The notes under the pieces were generated by a model. That model worked only from the letters and a program-made list of their open reading frames with translations. It made no database searches and had not been told where the DNA came from. A DNA stretch of 64,000 nt from Candidatus Woykebacteria bacterium (GTDB lineage Bacteria; Patescibacteriota; Microgenomatia; Woykebacterales; RBG-16-39-9b): positions 456,547 to 520,546 of the forward strand of contig JBBDPM010000006.1 in assembly GCA_040876345.1 (NCBI GenBank), read 5' to 3'. Below, in pieces: positions 25,380 through 34,442 of this stretch. The position numbers and the translations under genes are program-made. Each line of letters opens with the position of its first letter. Position 1 is the first letter of the stretch.

Positions 25380-26486
25380 CTAGCGCTTGACTTCAGACAC
25401 GCCCCCATCCTTGACTGAATAAATCTTGGCTCTCTCCAAAACTTTATTGGGGAAAAATTCCTTAGAGGTAGCCGTGATAATACTCTGCTGACGATAGACT
25501 ACTTCTAAGATATGTTCCCGATTGTTTTTATCAAATTCGCTCAGAATGTCGTCTAAAAGTAGGGTGGGTTTCTCGCCCCGGACTTTTTCGATGTAATTAG
25601 TCTCCACCAATTTCAGAGCGAGAGTGGCAATACGCTGCTCGCCACGAGATCCAAAAGTCCCAATATCTTCTTCCAAAATTTCATTGTCCTTGAAAATCTC
25701 CAGCAACACTCGGAAATCATCCCGGTGGGGCCCAAAACTAGTTAATCCTCTTTCAACATCAATCTTTTTTCTCTTAGCTAGATTCTGGGCGAAAAAATCC
25801 CCTATTTCTTCATCTTTAACCACTGCTTCAGCGAAAGGGCGATAATTTATTCTAATCTCGGATCCAGAGAGTCCCCGCCCAATTTTTTTCAATAAGTTGT
25901 TGGCGTAATGATAGAAAGAGATCCGTGCTTTCCAGACTAAGTTTCCAGAATCTACTAACTGCCTGTCCCAAACGCTAAAGTCTTGGGGGAATCCCTCTCT
26001 TTCAAGCCAAAGCAACTTATTCCTTCGTTTCATTACTTGACCAAACCTGGCTAGGTGGTAAAGATAGGTTTTATCTGTCACCGATAAAACTTGATCTAAA
26101 AAACGCCGCCGCCTATCTGGCGGCCCTGAAACAACCTCGATGCTCTCCGGAGAAAACAAAACGATTGGGAACAGCCCAATTATGCGCTGCTTTTTGTTTT
26201 CATTGTTGTCCAAAAAAACTCTCTTGCCCTCTCTCGTGACGATAGTTTTTATCTTGTGGGGCCCAACCGTTCCCGCTAAAAGGGCGTGCTCGGATCCCCA
26301 GTTGATCAACTCTAAATCTTTACCAGCTCGAAATGACTTAGTGGTTGAGAGAAGATGGACTGCCTCGATAATGTTAGTTTTGCCTTGCGCGTTATCGCCC
26401 ACGAACAAATTTATCTTATCGCCGAAGGAGATTTTTAGATTTTTAAAGTTTCTAAAATCGGAAATTTCTAGATTCTCAATCCACAT
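25380..26486 (-). CDS. recF: DNA replication and repair protein RecF
   Basis: N-terminal …NFKNLKISFGDKINLFVGDNAQGKTNIIEAV… (Walker A); synteny recF-dnaN-dnaA. Confidence 0.85.
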   Translation of the reverse strand: MWIENLEISDFRNFKNLKISFGDKINLFVGDNAQGKTNIIEAVHLLSTTKSFRAGKDLELINWGSEHALLAGTVGPHKIKTIVTREGKRVFLDNNENKKQRIIGLFPIVLFSPESIEVVSGPPDRRRRFLDQVLSVTDKTYLYHLARFGQVMKRRNKLLWLEREGFPQDFSVWDRQLVDSGNLVWKARISFYHYANNLLKKIGRGLSGSEIRINYRPFAEAVVKDEEIGDFFAQNLAKRKKIDVERGLTSFGPHRDDFRVLLEIFKDNEILEEDIGTFGSRGEQRIATLALKLVETNYIEKVRGEKPTLLLDDILSEFDKNNREHILEVVYRQQSIITATSKEFFPNKVLERAKIYSVKDGGVSEVKR

Positions 26487-27593
26487 TTACGTTTGGGTGC
26501 GGACCGGCATAACTATGTAAATAAACGACTCATCCTCGGGAGATTTTATTTGGGCTGGATTTGTGGGTCCGGCAAATCTAATCTCTACTGACTCTCCTGG
26601 TATACTTGTTAGCCCCTCAGATAAATAGCGGCTATTAAAAGCTATTTGAATTTCTTGCCCCTCTATTTTATTTGCAGCTAGTTCGACCGAGCCCTCTCCA
26701 ACCTGACCTGATGATGCTAGAAGCTTAACTTCTCCTTCTCCACTGACATTCATGCGCAAAACGTTTCCCAAGTCCCGGGCGAATGTATTAACTGTTTTAA
26801 TCCCATTCAATAATTCCTCCTTGTTTATCACCATCGTGGTAACAAACGACTTTGGTATTACTGAATCAACATTGGGAAATTCTCCTGCTAAAAGCTTAGT
26901 GTAATAGTCAATGTGGCCGGCTGAAAAAACAACTAAATTGTCTTCGCTAGATATATTTATTTTTAGGCTCTCCTCCTCGAGGCCCCCAATAATTCTCTCT
27001 GCTTCAACAAGAGCTCGGGCCGGAATTATCACCTCATCTAGCTTCATTTTCTTAAGTTCTTTACTAGCTAACCTATAACCGTCCGTTGCTACCAGTAGGG
27101 TTTTCTCCCCGTCCTGTTTAACCAGAACACCAGTTAGTACCGGTCTGCCTTCATCTTGGCTGGCCGCAATACTTACTGCCTTGGCCGCCCTTAGAAAATC
27201 TTCCTTAACAACGCTGCTTGCTTTAGCGTCCATAACTCTGGGTGGCTCCGGGAACTCTTTAGCCGATATAGTCGGTATTTTGGCCTCCGTCTTGCCGGAT
27301 TTAATCTCGGCTGTCTCTTGGACCACTGCAATTGTGATACTCTCATCTATTAAAGTGCTGATGAACTCGAGTAGAGTTCTTGCCGGCACAGTTATTTCTC
27401 CTTCGGTCACCACTTTTGCTGGAGCCCAGGTTTTAATTGTGGTATCTAAGTTTGTTCCAATTAAAGTTACCCCGCCTTCCTGGGTTTTTAGAAGTACGTT
27501 TCCTAAAACCGGTGTAGTTGGACGTGCCGAGATTGCCTTTGCGGCGATACCGACATTTTTGAGGAATGTTTCTTTACTAATTTCTATCCGCAT
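26487..27593 (-). CDS. dnaN: DNA polymerase III beta sliding clamp
   Basis: 368 aa, MRIEISKETFLKNVGIAAKAIS…; synteny. Confidence 0.85.
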   Translation of the reverse strand: MRIEISKETFLKNVGIAAKAISARPTTPVLGNVLLKTQEGGVTLIGTNLDTTIKTWAPAKVVTEGEITVPARTLLEFISTLIDESITIAVVQETAEIKSGKTEAKIPTISAKEFPEPPRVMDAKASSVVKEDFLRAAKAVSIAASQDEGRPVLTGVLVKQDGEKTLLVATDGYRLASKELKKMKLDEVIIPARALVEAERIIGGLEEESLKINISSEDNLVVFSAGHIDYYTKLLAGEFPNVDSVIPKSFVTTMVINKEELLNGIKTVNTFARDLGNVLRMNVSGEGEVKLLASSGQVGEGSVELAANKIEGQEIQIAFNSRYLSEGLTSIPGESVEIRFAGPTNPAQIKSPEDESFIYIVMPVRTQT

Positions 27594-27704
27594 AGGCTTT
27601 CTTATTAGCTGTTTATATTTAAATTAGTAGTATTAGACAGTGTGAATTTGTTAATATTACACTAGCTCCAGCCTAAAATCCAGAAGAACTAGTGTTGAAA
27701 ATGG

Positions 27705-27724
27705 TGTGGACAGAATGTGGAAAA
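27705..27724. promoter_or_regulatory. DnaA-box-like motifs (TGTGGACAG, TGTGGAAAA) in the dnaA-dnaN intergenic region; candidate oriC
   Basis: Two 7-8/9 matches to TGTGGATAA, 2 nt apart, with a third (TGTGAAAAC) at 27745-27753. Confidence 0.35.
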
Positions 27725-27741
27725 CCACCACAAAACGAAGC

Positions 27742-29112
27742 CTATGTGAAAACCCTGCTTCTGATTTCCCCAACAATTTCACATGTTTTAGGAGAAGTCG
27801 CCAGGCTAGCTAAAATCTTATTCACAGAATATATCACGCTAGTATGATCAGCTTTGTTTAAAACCTCAGCAATATTTACAAGGCTTAGTTTTAAATCAGT
27901 GCGTAATATATACATTGCTATTTGGCGGGGAAATACAAGATTACGCTTTCGGCTCTGACCATTTAAGTCTTGGACGGAGAGTAGGAAATGCTTGGCCACC
28001 TCATTTAACACAAGTTTGGGGTCCGCTTTTTTTAGTCGCTCTCTGTTTGTTAGATCAATCACCTCGCTAAGCAGTGCCTGTGAGATTGGGCGGCTCGTTA
28101 CTCTGGAGTATGTGAAAAGTCTAACTAGGCCTCCCTCCACGTCTCTAATACTTCCAGGAAAAGCTTCGGCGAGAGTTCTAATAATTGCCTGGGACAAGCT
28201 TAAGTTTTGGGCTTTGGACTTATGGGCAACAACCGCCTCCCGCAATTCTAACTCTGGAGACCCGATGTCCGCAACCATTCCACTTTGAAATCGCCCTTTA
28301 AGACGCTCGTCCACTCTCTTAAGAACAACAGGCGGTCGGTCACTAGCCAAAACGATTTGTTTTCCGGTAGCAAAAAGGGAGTTAAATGTATGAAAAAGTT
28401 CTTCTTGAGTGGCCTCCCGGCCGGATAAGAATTGGACATCATCAATTAGCAACACATCCACGCCGCGGAATTTTTTTCTAAAATTAACCGTAGTTTTAGC
28501 CTGAATTGAGGCGACAAGTTCGTTGGTAAAATCTTCACACGTGCAGTAGAGAGTTTTTAGATTATTGTTTTGGTAAAGCTTTTCCTGGGCGATTGCTTGG
28601 ATGAGGTGAGTTTTTCCGACGCCCGCCCCTCCATAAACAAAAAACGGGTTTGGGCTGTTTCCGCCTCCGACAATTGCTCTCGCCACGGCGTAGGCAAGCT
28701 CATTACTTTTTCCAACAACAAAATTATCAAAACTGAAATTTGGGTTAAGACGAGCCTTAGTTAGGGCCTCTTCGAGTACGTCTTTTTCCGTGTTTGGAAA
28801 AAGTGGCGCGTGTTGGTATCTGTCGATAGGAGCCGTTCTTCTTCTAACAACCTCCTGTTTGATCATAGGGTTCACGGTAAAAGCTATATCAACTGTTCTA
28901 CCGGCCACCTGTTCTATAATTGCTTTTATCTGCGCTTGGTAGCGCGACTCTAACCAGTTTTTAACGTAAGGGGAGTTACACCCAATCTCTAGGATATTTT
29001 CATCCCAAGAATTTATCGCTGTTTTTCCTTTAAACCAAGTTTGAAAATTGGCAGAAGATAAGTTTAATTGTAACTGCGCAAGCGCGGATTCCCACAAAGT
29101 ACTGTTATCCAT
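27742..29112 (-). CDS. dnaA: Chromosomal replication initiator DnaA
   Basis: AAA+ Walker A GGAGVGKTHL, Walker B LLIDDVQF, C-terminal helix-turn-helix. Confidence 0.9.
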   Translation of the reverse strand: MDNSTLWESALAQLQLNLSSANFQTWFKGKTAINSWDENILEIGCNSPYVKNWLESRYQAQIKAIIEQVAGRTVDIAFTVNPMIKQEVVRRRTAPIDRYQHAPLFPNTEKDVLEEALTKARLNPNFSFDNFVVGKSNELAYAVARAIVGGGNSPNPFFVYGGAGVGKTHLIQAIAQEKLYQNNNLKTLYCTCEDFTNELVASIQAKTTVNFRKKFRGVDVLLIDDVQFLSGREATQEELFHTFNSLFATGKQIVLASDRPPVVLKRVDERLKGRFQSGMVADIGSPELELREAVVAHKSKAQNLSLSQAIIRTLAEAFPGSIRDVEGGLVRLFTYSRVTSRPISQALLSEVIDLTNRERLKKADPKLVLNEVAKHFLLSVQDLNGQSRKRNLVFPRQIAMYILRTDLKLSLVNIAEVLNKADHTSVIYSVNKILASLATSPKTCEIVGEIRSRVFT

Positions 29113-29224
29113 AATGTTCTTAAATTATTAGGGGTAGGGGGATTATATTATTGGGGTAGGGGTTCTTTGGTCAAGAAGGACGTTCTACTACTCTTCTGCA
29201 TCATTGATCTAAAAGATGCCAGTA

Positions 29225-29253
29225 TAAAGAAATTTGACATGAAAACTGCACTT
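29225..29253 (+). promoter_or_regulatory. Sigma70-like promoter of rpmH (TTGACA-N17-TATACT), 10 nt before the ATG
   Basis: Perfect -35, 17-nt spacer; predicts a near-leaderless rpmH transcript. Confidence 0.5.
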
Positions 29254-29263
29254 CTCTATACTA

Positions 29264-29410
29264 CCCGATACTATGCCAAAAAGAACATATCAGCCAAAAA
29301 AGGTAAAAAGAAAAAGGAAACACGGGTTCCTTTCTCGTATGAGTAAAAAGATAAGCCAAAGAGTAATAAAAAGAAGAAGAGCTAAAGGTAGAAAAAAAAT
29401 TTCAGTCTAA
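29264..29410 (+). CDS. rpmH: 50S ribosomal protein L34
   Basis: [45 protein letters not shown] (hand-translated; too short for the ORF track); rpmH-rnpA-yidC-jag synteny. Confidence 0.8.
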   Translation, partial: PDTMPKRTYQPKKVKRKRKHGFLSRMSKKISQRVIKRRRAKGRKKISV

Positions 29411-29748
29411 TGCTCTCAGCAAAGCACCGCCTGAATTTAAGTAAAAATCGTTTCAGGACAGCTGATAAAAGCTTCAGTTCATCCTTTTTTAAGTTACTTA
29501 TTAAAAAAGGAGCCGGCGAAGGCCCAAAAATAGGCTTCATTGTGAGTGGAAAAATTGGCAAAGCGGTCACCAGAAATAGGGTAAAGAGGCTGCTCTCGGA
29601 AATACTGGCAAAAAGGATCGAGGCTATCCCAAAGGACTTGTCGTTAATTTTTATTGCATTTCCGGCTTCAAAGGACAAGTCTTATGAGGAATTGGAAGCT
29701 GAAACAGAAAAGATTTTAAACAAGCTATCTAATTTGTCAGAAGAGTAA
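29410..29748 (+). CDS. rnpA: RNase P protein component
   Basis: 112-aa basic protein; ATG overlaps the rpmH stop (TAATG). Confidence 0.8.
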   Translation: MLSAKHRLNLSKNRFRTADKSFSSSFFKLLIKKGAGEGPKIGFIVSGKIGKAVTRNRVKRLLSEILAKRIEAIPKDLSLIFIAFPASKDKSYEELEAETEKILNKLSNLSEE

Positions 29749-29753
29749 TAGTT

Positions 29754-30479
29754 ATGGATTTTTTAGTTAACATTTTAATTAACCTGAATAACTTGACCGG
29801 AAGCTTGGGTCTAACCCTGATTATAATCGGTATCTTAAGCCGAATTATTTTTTACCCCGCGACTGTAAGTAGTATAAGACAATCTAAGAAAATGGCCGAT
29901 CTTCGGCCGAAGCTTGAGGAAATAAAAAAAAGGCACGGTAGTGACAAGAAAAAATTAGCCGAAGAGCAGGCTAGACTTTACCGTGAGTCTGGAATCAGTG
30001 CCCTTGGTTGTTTAGCGCCAATAGTCCAGTTAGTAGTGGCTTTAGTTTTGTTCCAGGTTTTACTCAGGCTTTTAAAGACTGGTGTTGAGACCGATTTTCT
30101 TATTTGGGATCTAGCTAAACCAGATTCTTACGCGGTTGCAAATATTCCTTTCAAGCTGCCGGGAGTTTTGGTAATTTTGACGGCTGTAGCCACGTTTATC
30201 CAATCAAAAATGAGTTTACCCGAGCCAGTTCATGAGTACAAATCAGATTCTCCCAAGGAGAAAAAGGAAAAGGAAGGTTTTGCAGAGGCGATGGCGGCGA
30301 GTCAAGGGCAGATGGTTTATCTTTTTCCGTTTTTGATCCTCTTTACAGGAACACTTTGGCCCTCGGGGCTAGCTTTATACTGGATTGTTAGTACAATCTT
30401 GGGTATAATCCAGCAGTATTATATTGCTGGTTGGGGGAGCCTAAAACCATGGATACAAAAATTACCGCTAAAAACTTAA
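29754..30479 (+). CDS. yidC: Membrane protein insertase YidC (short form)
   Basis: 241 aa, 5 TM, conserved C-terminal sequence ALYWIVSTILGIIQQY. Confidence 0.75.
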   Translation: MDFLVNILINLNNLTGSLGLTLIIIGILSRIIFYPATVSSIRQSKKMADLRPKLEEIKKRHGSDKKKLAEEQARLYRESGISALGCLAPIVQLVVALVLFQVLLRLLKTGVETDFLIWDLAKPDSYAVANIPFKLPGVLVILTAVATFIQSKMSLPEPVHEYKSDSPKEKKEKEGFAEAMAASQGQMVYLFPFLILFTGTLWPSGLALYWIVSTILGIIQQYYIAGWGSLKPWIQKLPLKT

Positions 30480-30940
30480 AAATCGCTAAAGAGACAACCG
30501 AAGAGTTACTTAAACTATTAAATATCGAGGCTGGTGTAAAAGCAGAGAGCCTTGAGTCTTCCATCAGCATTGATATATCCGGCGAGGATCTGGGACTGCT
30601 TATTGGGCACCAGGGTGACAATTTAGAGGCTCTTCAGCTGGTTTTGGGTCTTATTGTTAATAACAAGAAGAACGGCCCAGCAGACTGGACACCGGTAAGT
30701 GTTGACGTGGGTGGTTGGCGAGAAGAAAAATCCCAAGCGCTAAAGAGCATGATAGAAAATATTGCTGCCGAGATTGAGAAAGAAGGTGGAGAGAGGGCCC
30801 TGCCTCCGATGCCAGCTTCTCAAAGACGTATGGCCCACTTAATTTTAGCTGATTTCCCAGGATTGATTTCTGAATCGGATGGAGAAGAGCCAAACCGCAG
30901 AGTTATCATAAAAAAGGGTAGTAAAGAAAATGGAGGCTAG
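30431..30940 (+). CDS. jag: Jag/KhpB-like RNA-binding protein (KH + R3H)
   Basis: …LIGHQGDNLEALQLVL… and …RRMAHLILADFPGL…; follows yidC. Confidence 0.65.
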   Translation: MGEPKTMDTKITAKNLKIAKETTEELLKLLNIEAGVKAESLESSISIDISGEDLGLLIGHQGDNLEALQLVLGLIVNNKKNGPADWTPVSVDVGGWREEKSQALKSMIENIAAEIEKEGGERALPPMPASQRRMAHLILADFPGLISESDGEEPNRRVIIKKGSKENGG

Positions 30941-31379
30941 TAAACTCCCTATTACGTTCACCATCTACACTGATGGAGGCTCACGAGGCAACCCCGGCCC
31001 AGCAGCTAGTGCATGCGTAGTCAAGGATTCTGCGGGAAAAGTGCGGGTTATAAGCGGGAAATATCTGGGAAGAGCCACTAATAATTATGCCGAGTATCAA
31101 GGGGTTGTCCTGGCTTATGAGGAGCTTGCTAAAATGCCCAGTATTGATACAACCACGTTAATTATTAAATTCAATTTAGATTCAAAATTAGTAGTAAATC
31201 AGCTCAATGGGTTATTTAAGATTAAAGACCCAGCTATTAGAGAGGCCGTGGTAAAAATTAAGGGCCTGGAAAATATGTTCTCGCAGGTCTCATACACATA
31301 TATACCCAGAGAGAAAAATACGTTCGCTGATAGAATTGTCAACGAAACGCTAGACCAGTCAACCAAGTTTAAGAGCTGA
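30930..31379 (+). CDS. rnhA: Ribonuclease HI
   Basis: YTDGGSRGNPGPAA…NNYAEYQGVV motif set. Confidence 0.75.
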   Translation: MEASKLPITFTIYTDGGSRGNPGPAASACVVKDSAGKVRVISGKYLGRATNNYAEYQGVVLAYEELAKMPSIDTTTLIIKFNLDSKLVVNQLNGLFKIKDPAIREAVVKIKGLENMFSQVSYTYIPREKNTFADRIVNETLDQSTKFKS

Positions 31380-31456
31380 AAGTACTCAAGGCGGGCTTCA
31401 ATGCTGACCCTTGTAATTTGGCAAAGTGTTGAATTAAAATCGAGCAGAATAAAAAT

Positions 31457-33127
31457 ATGAGCACTTCTGCCCAAGATAGAATCTTTCCATTCAAATTTAC
31501 TAATAGTCAAACTAAAACTGCTTTAGTGGCCGGTGGGGCAGGTATAGTTGGCTCTAACATCTGCGAGAGTTTATTGTCCCTAGGGTTTTCGGTAATTTGT
31601 ATTGATAACCTGACTTCCGGGGAAAAAAGTAATGTCGAAAGCCTAGTGAACTCCCCGAATTTTTCATTCGTTAAGGCTGATATTAATTCCCCCAGTTTTA
31701 TTCTCCCCGAAGAAGTAAAAGTAGATGTTATTTTCCATGCCGCCGGCCTTGAAGAGTTTTCAATAAACAAAAACCTCTCTTTAGAGACACTATTGGTTAA
31801 CTCTTTAGGAACCAGGGTACTTTTAGAAATTGCAAAAGTAAAAAAAGCAAAATTTATCTTTGTTTCTACAGCGGAGCTTTATAGCGGTGCTTTTTCCTCC
31901 ACATCTCTGAAGTACTATTTTGGAAAAAATCCTCAAGATGAGTCAACCTTTACTCACAATGAAGCAAAACGCTTTGCAGAAGCTTTAGTTTTCGAATACT
32001 TCAAACAATACAATTTAGACGCTTTAATTGTGAGAATAAAAGACGTTTATGGTCCAAAGATGAACCTGCAAGCTGAAGGGGTAGTTAATAAGCTTATAAA
32101 AGAGACGATTGAAGAAAGAAAACTAACCATTGCGGGTGATGGGCTAAAGACAATTAACCCCACGTTTATCTCAGACGTGACAAGAGGAATAATTAAGGCA
32201 ACCCAGGAGGGGTCTTCAGGAGAAATATATAATCTTGTTAGCCCTGAGAAAATCACTGTTGCCAATTTTGCTCAGACTCTGAATCAGGTAGTAGGGGGAC
32301 TACAGATTTTTTACAAAAAAGGCCTTGAGGATATGGAGATACCTTACCACCAGCTTGATTTGAGTACAACCATCGAAAAGCTGGGTTGGAGACCGATCGT
32401 TAATTTAGCCGATGGAGTCTACGAAACTTTAAACTATTTTACAAAAAAAGCGGCTCCGGAGCAGAAGAAGGCCCCGATACCCATTTTCTCCCCCGCGGAG
32501 GCAGTATCAAAAAAAGCGGAAAAACCCAGAATAGCCTCATCCCTCCACCGCCACTTAAGATTAATAATCTTTATTAGTTCTTTAGCGCTTATCTTAATTA
32601 CAGTGGTGTACCCAGGCTCCGCTCTACTTATTAATACTTTCCAGGGAAATTCGAATTTTGAGAAGTCCATTGATGGCCTTGAGGCCGATGATATAGCGTC
32701 TAGTAAAACTCAAGCTGAAAAATCGGAAAAATATTATCAGAAGGCCTCACAAAACTTAAATAATTTGAAGTGGCTGTTACAAATTTTTATTGAAAGGGAG
32801 AAACTTTCTGCCTTATCTGATTTTTATTTCGGCGGGGAAAAAATTTCCGCCTCTGAAGTTTCAGCTGCCCAGGCTCTAACTACCTTGAGCCAAGAAGGAT
32901 CGAAAGAGGAAATAATTAGTGAAGCAGACTTAAATAAGTTCCTTTTAGATATAAAAGCCCTAGCGCAGGAAGCCGAGATTAAACTTGAAATGGGCTCAAC
33001 CAAGCTGGACTCTATCGAAACTAGTAAACTCCCAAATTCCCTTTTGGATGATGCGTCAAAGTTTAGGGAAGGCAAAAGCATTTTGGAAGATATTATTAAG
33101 CAGCTTTTAAACTCGACAAACACTTGA
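31457..33127 (+). CDS. NAD-dependent epimerase/dehydratase (SDR-e) fused to a C-terminal TM segment and coiled-coil extension
   Basis: Rossmann GGAGIVGSNICESLL; catalytic YSGAF…K region; then RLIIFISSLALILITVV TM helix and a 180-aa coiled coil. Confidence 0.6.
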   Translation: MSTSAQDRIFPFKFTNSQTKTALVAGGAGIVGSNICESLLSLGFSVICIDNLTSGEKSNVESLVNSPNFSFVKADINSPSFILPEEVKVDVIFHAAGLEEFSINKNLSLETLLVNSLGTRVLLEIAKVKKAKFIFVSTAELYSGAFSSTSLKYYFGKNPQDESTFTHNEAKRFAEALVFEYFKQYNLDALIVRIKDVYGPKMNLQAEGVVNKLIKETIEERKLTIAGDGLKTINPTFISDVTRGIIKATQEGSSGEIYNLVSPEKITVANFAQTLNQVVGGLQIFYKKGLEDMEIPYHQLDLSTTIEKLGWRPIVNLADGVYETLNYFTKKAAPEQKKAPIPIFSPAEAVSKKAEKPRIASSLHRHLRLIIFISSLALILITVVYPGSALLINTFQGNSNFEKSIDGLEADDIASSKTQAEKSEKYYQKASQNLNNLKWLLQIFIEREKLSALSDFYFGGEKISASEVSAAQALTTLSQEGSKEEIISEADLNKFLLDIKALAQEAEIKLEMGSTKLDSIETSKLPNSLLDDASKFREGKSILEDIIKQLLNSTNT

Positions 33128-33152
33128 GCAGCGTGCTATACTTAATTCAACT

Positions 33153-33530
33153 ATGACGGATAAGGTCATAAAGCAGTTTGAAGAGCAATTTGGTAAGGAG
33201 TGGCGGTGTGTTTGTAAAGCTTTGTTCAGAAAGGGAAATTTAGAAATTTTATCAGAGTCTGATAATTCTTTACTTGCCCATTACCGATGTCCAAGTTGTG
33301 GGAGGGAACAAATGTTAGCAGCTGCAATTAGTGATTCGGAAGAAATAGAAGAAAGAGGTATAAAAAGAGGGGAGTTTATAAAACTTCCGAAAACTACAAT
33401 AACCTCAGACGACGTTTTGGATATAAAGTTGGCAGTCCAAAGAATGAAGGCTAATACGATCAAATCTTTAGCAGCCTCAAAGAGGAAATCGGTAGTTACT
33501 GTCTCTAAAATCCCTTCCTCCAAAAATTAG
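33153..33530 (+). CDS. Hypothetical zinc-ribbon protein
   Basis: CxC…CPSC pairs (WRCVCKALF … RCPSCGRE). Confidence 0.4.
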   Translation: MTDKVIKQFEEQFGKEWRCVCKALFRKGNLEILSESDNSLLAHYRCPSCGREQMLAAAISDSEEIEERGIKRGEFIKLPKTTITSDDVLDIKLAVQRMKANTIKSLAASKRKSVVTVSKIPSSKN

Positions 33531-33630
33531 ATATCCGGATGGATGTGAGTGTCTACTCGAATAGATTCTAGTTTTTAATTCGAGAAAGTTAAAGTACTTA
33601 CCTTGACTAGGCCAGTATAATAGTTAATCT

Positions 33631-34335
33631 ATGGAAAAAACCGTTCTCAAAGCAGAAGTAAGAAAAATCTTAGGAAAAAAAGTTAAAAGAATCAGAAAAG
33701 AAGGCACGCTTCCGGCAAACCTTTTTGGCAAAGGTATAAAGTCAAAATCCCTACAAGTTACTGAAAAGGATTTTCGCGAGGTTTTTAAACAGGTTGGGGA
33801 GACCGGTGTTGTAACGGTTAAAGTAGAAGGGGAGGATTACCCAGCCCTTATTCATAATATACAACTTCAACCCAAGACAGATGCAATTTTGCATGCCGAT
33901 TTTCACAAAGTCAATTTGAAAGAAAAAATTACTACCCATGTACCGGTGAGTTTGGAAGGAGAGTCCCCAGCCGAAAAAACTGGTGTTGGGCTTCTACTTC
34001 AGACCATAAGTGAGGTAGAGGTTGAGTCTTTGCCAGCTGATATTCCGCACGAGATTAAAGTGGATGTTTCTAAACTCGAAGAAGTAGGCCAGTCCATCCA
34101 CGTGAAAGATCTTAAAGTAGCTAAAGATAAAGTTGAAATCAAGAACGATCCAGAAGCCACTGTCATTACAGTCCAAACTGCTGAAATGAAAGAGGAACCC
34201 GTAGAAGAAACTCCCGCCCCAGAGGAAGTAGAAGCTACCGCCGAAAAGGGTGAAAAGGAAGAAGCAGAAGGCTCCCAGGCTGGTGGAGAAAAACCCTCCC
34301 AAGAATCCTCAGAAGAAAAACCCCAAGAATCTTAA
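33631..34335 (+). CDS. rplY: 50S ribosomal protein L25 / general stress protein Ctc with long acidic tail
   Basis: N-terminal …VRKILGKKVKRIRKEGTLPANLFGKG…; C-terminal Glu/Lys-rich extension. Confidence 0.75.
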   Translation: MEKTVLKAEVRKILGKKVKRIRKEGTLPANLFGKGIKSKSLQVTEKDFREVFKQVGETGVVTVKVEGEDYPALIHNIQLQPKTDAILHADFHKVNLKEKITTHVPVSLEGESPAEKTGVGLLLQTISEVEVESLPADIPHEIKVDVSKLEEVGQSIHVKDLKVAKDKVEIKNDPEATVITVQTAEMKEEPVEETPAPEEVEATAEKGEKEEAEGSQAGGEKPSQESSEEKPQES

Positions 34336-34442
34336 AGTTATTACGTCTGTAGGAAGGTAATATTATGAAGGAAACCGAGGACTTTAGCCTTCGTAGTTGT
34401 TCATACCCTGAGTAATGCGCAAAAGATGGACCCGCCAGAAAT

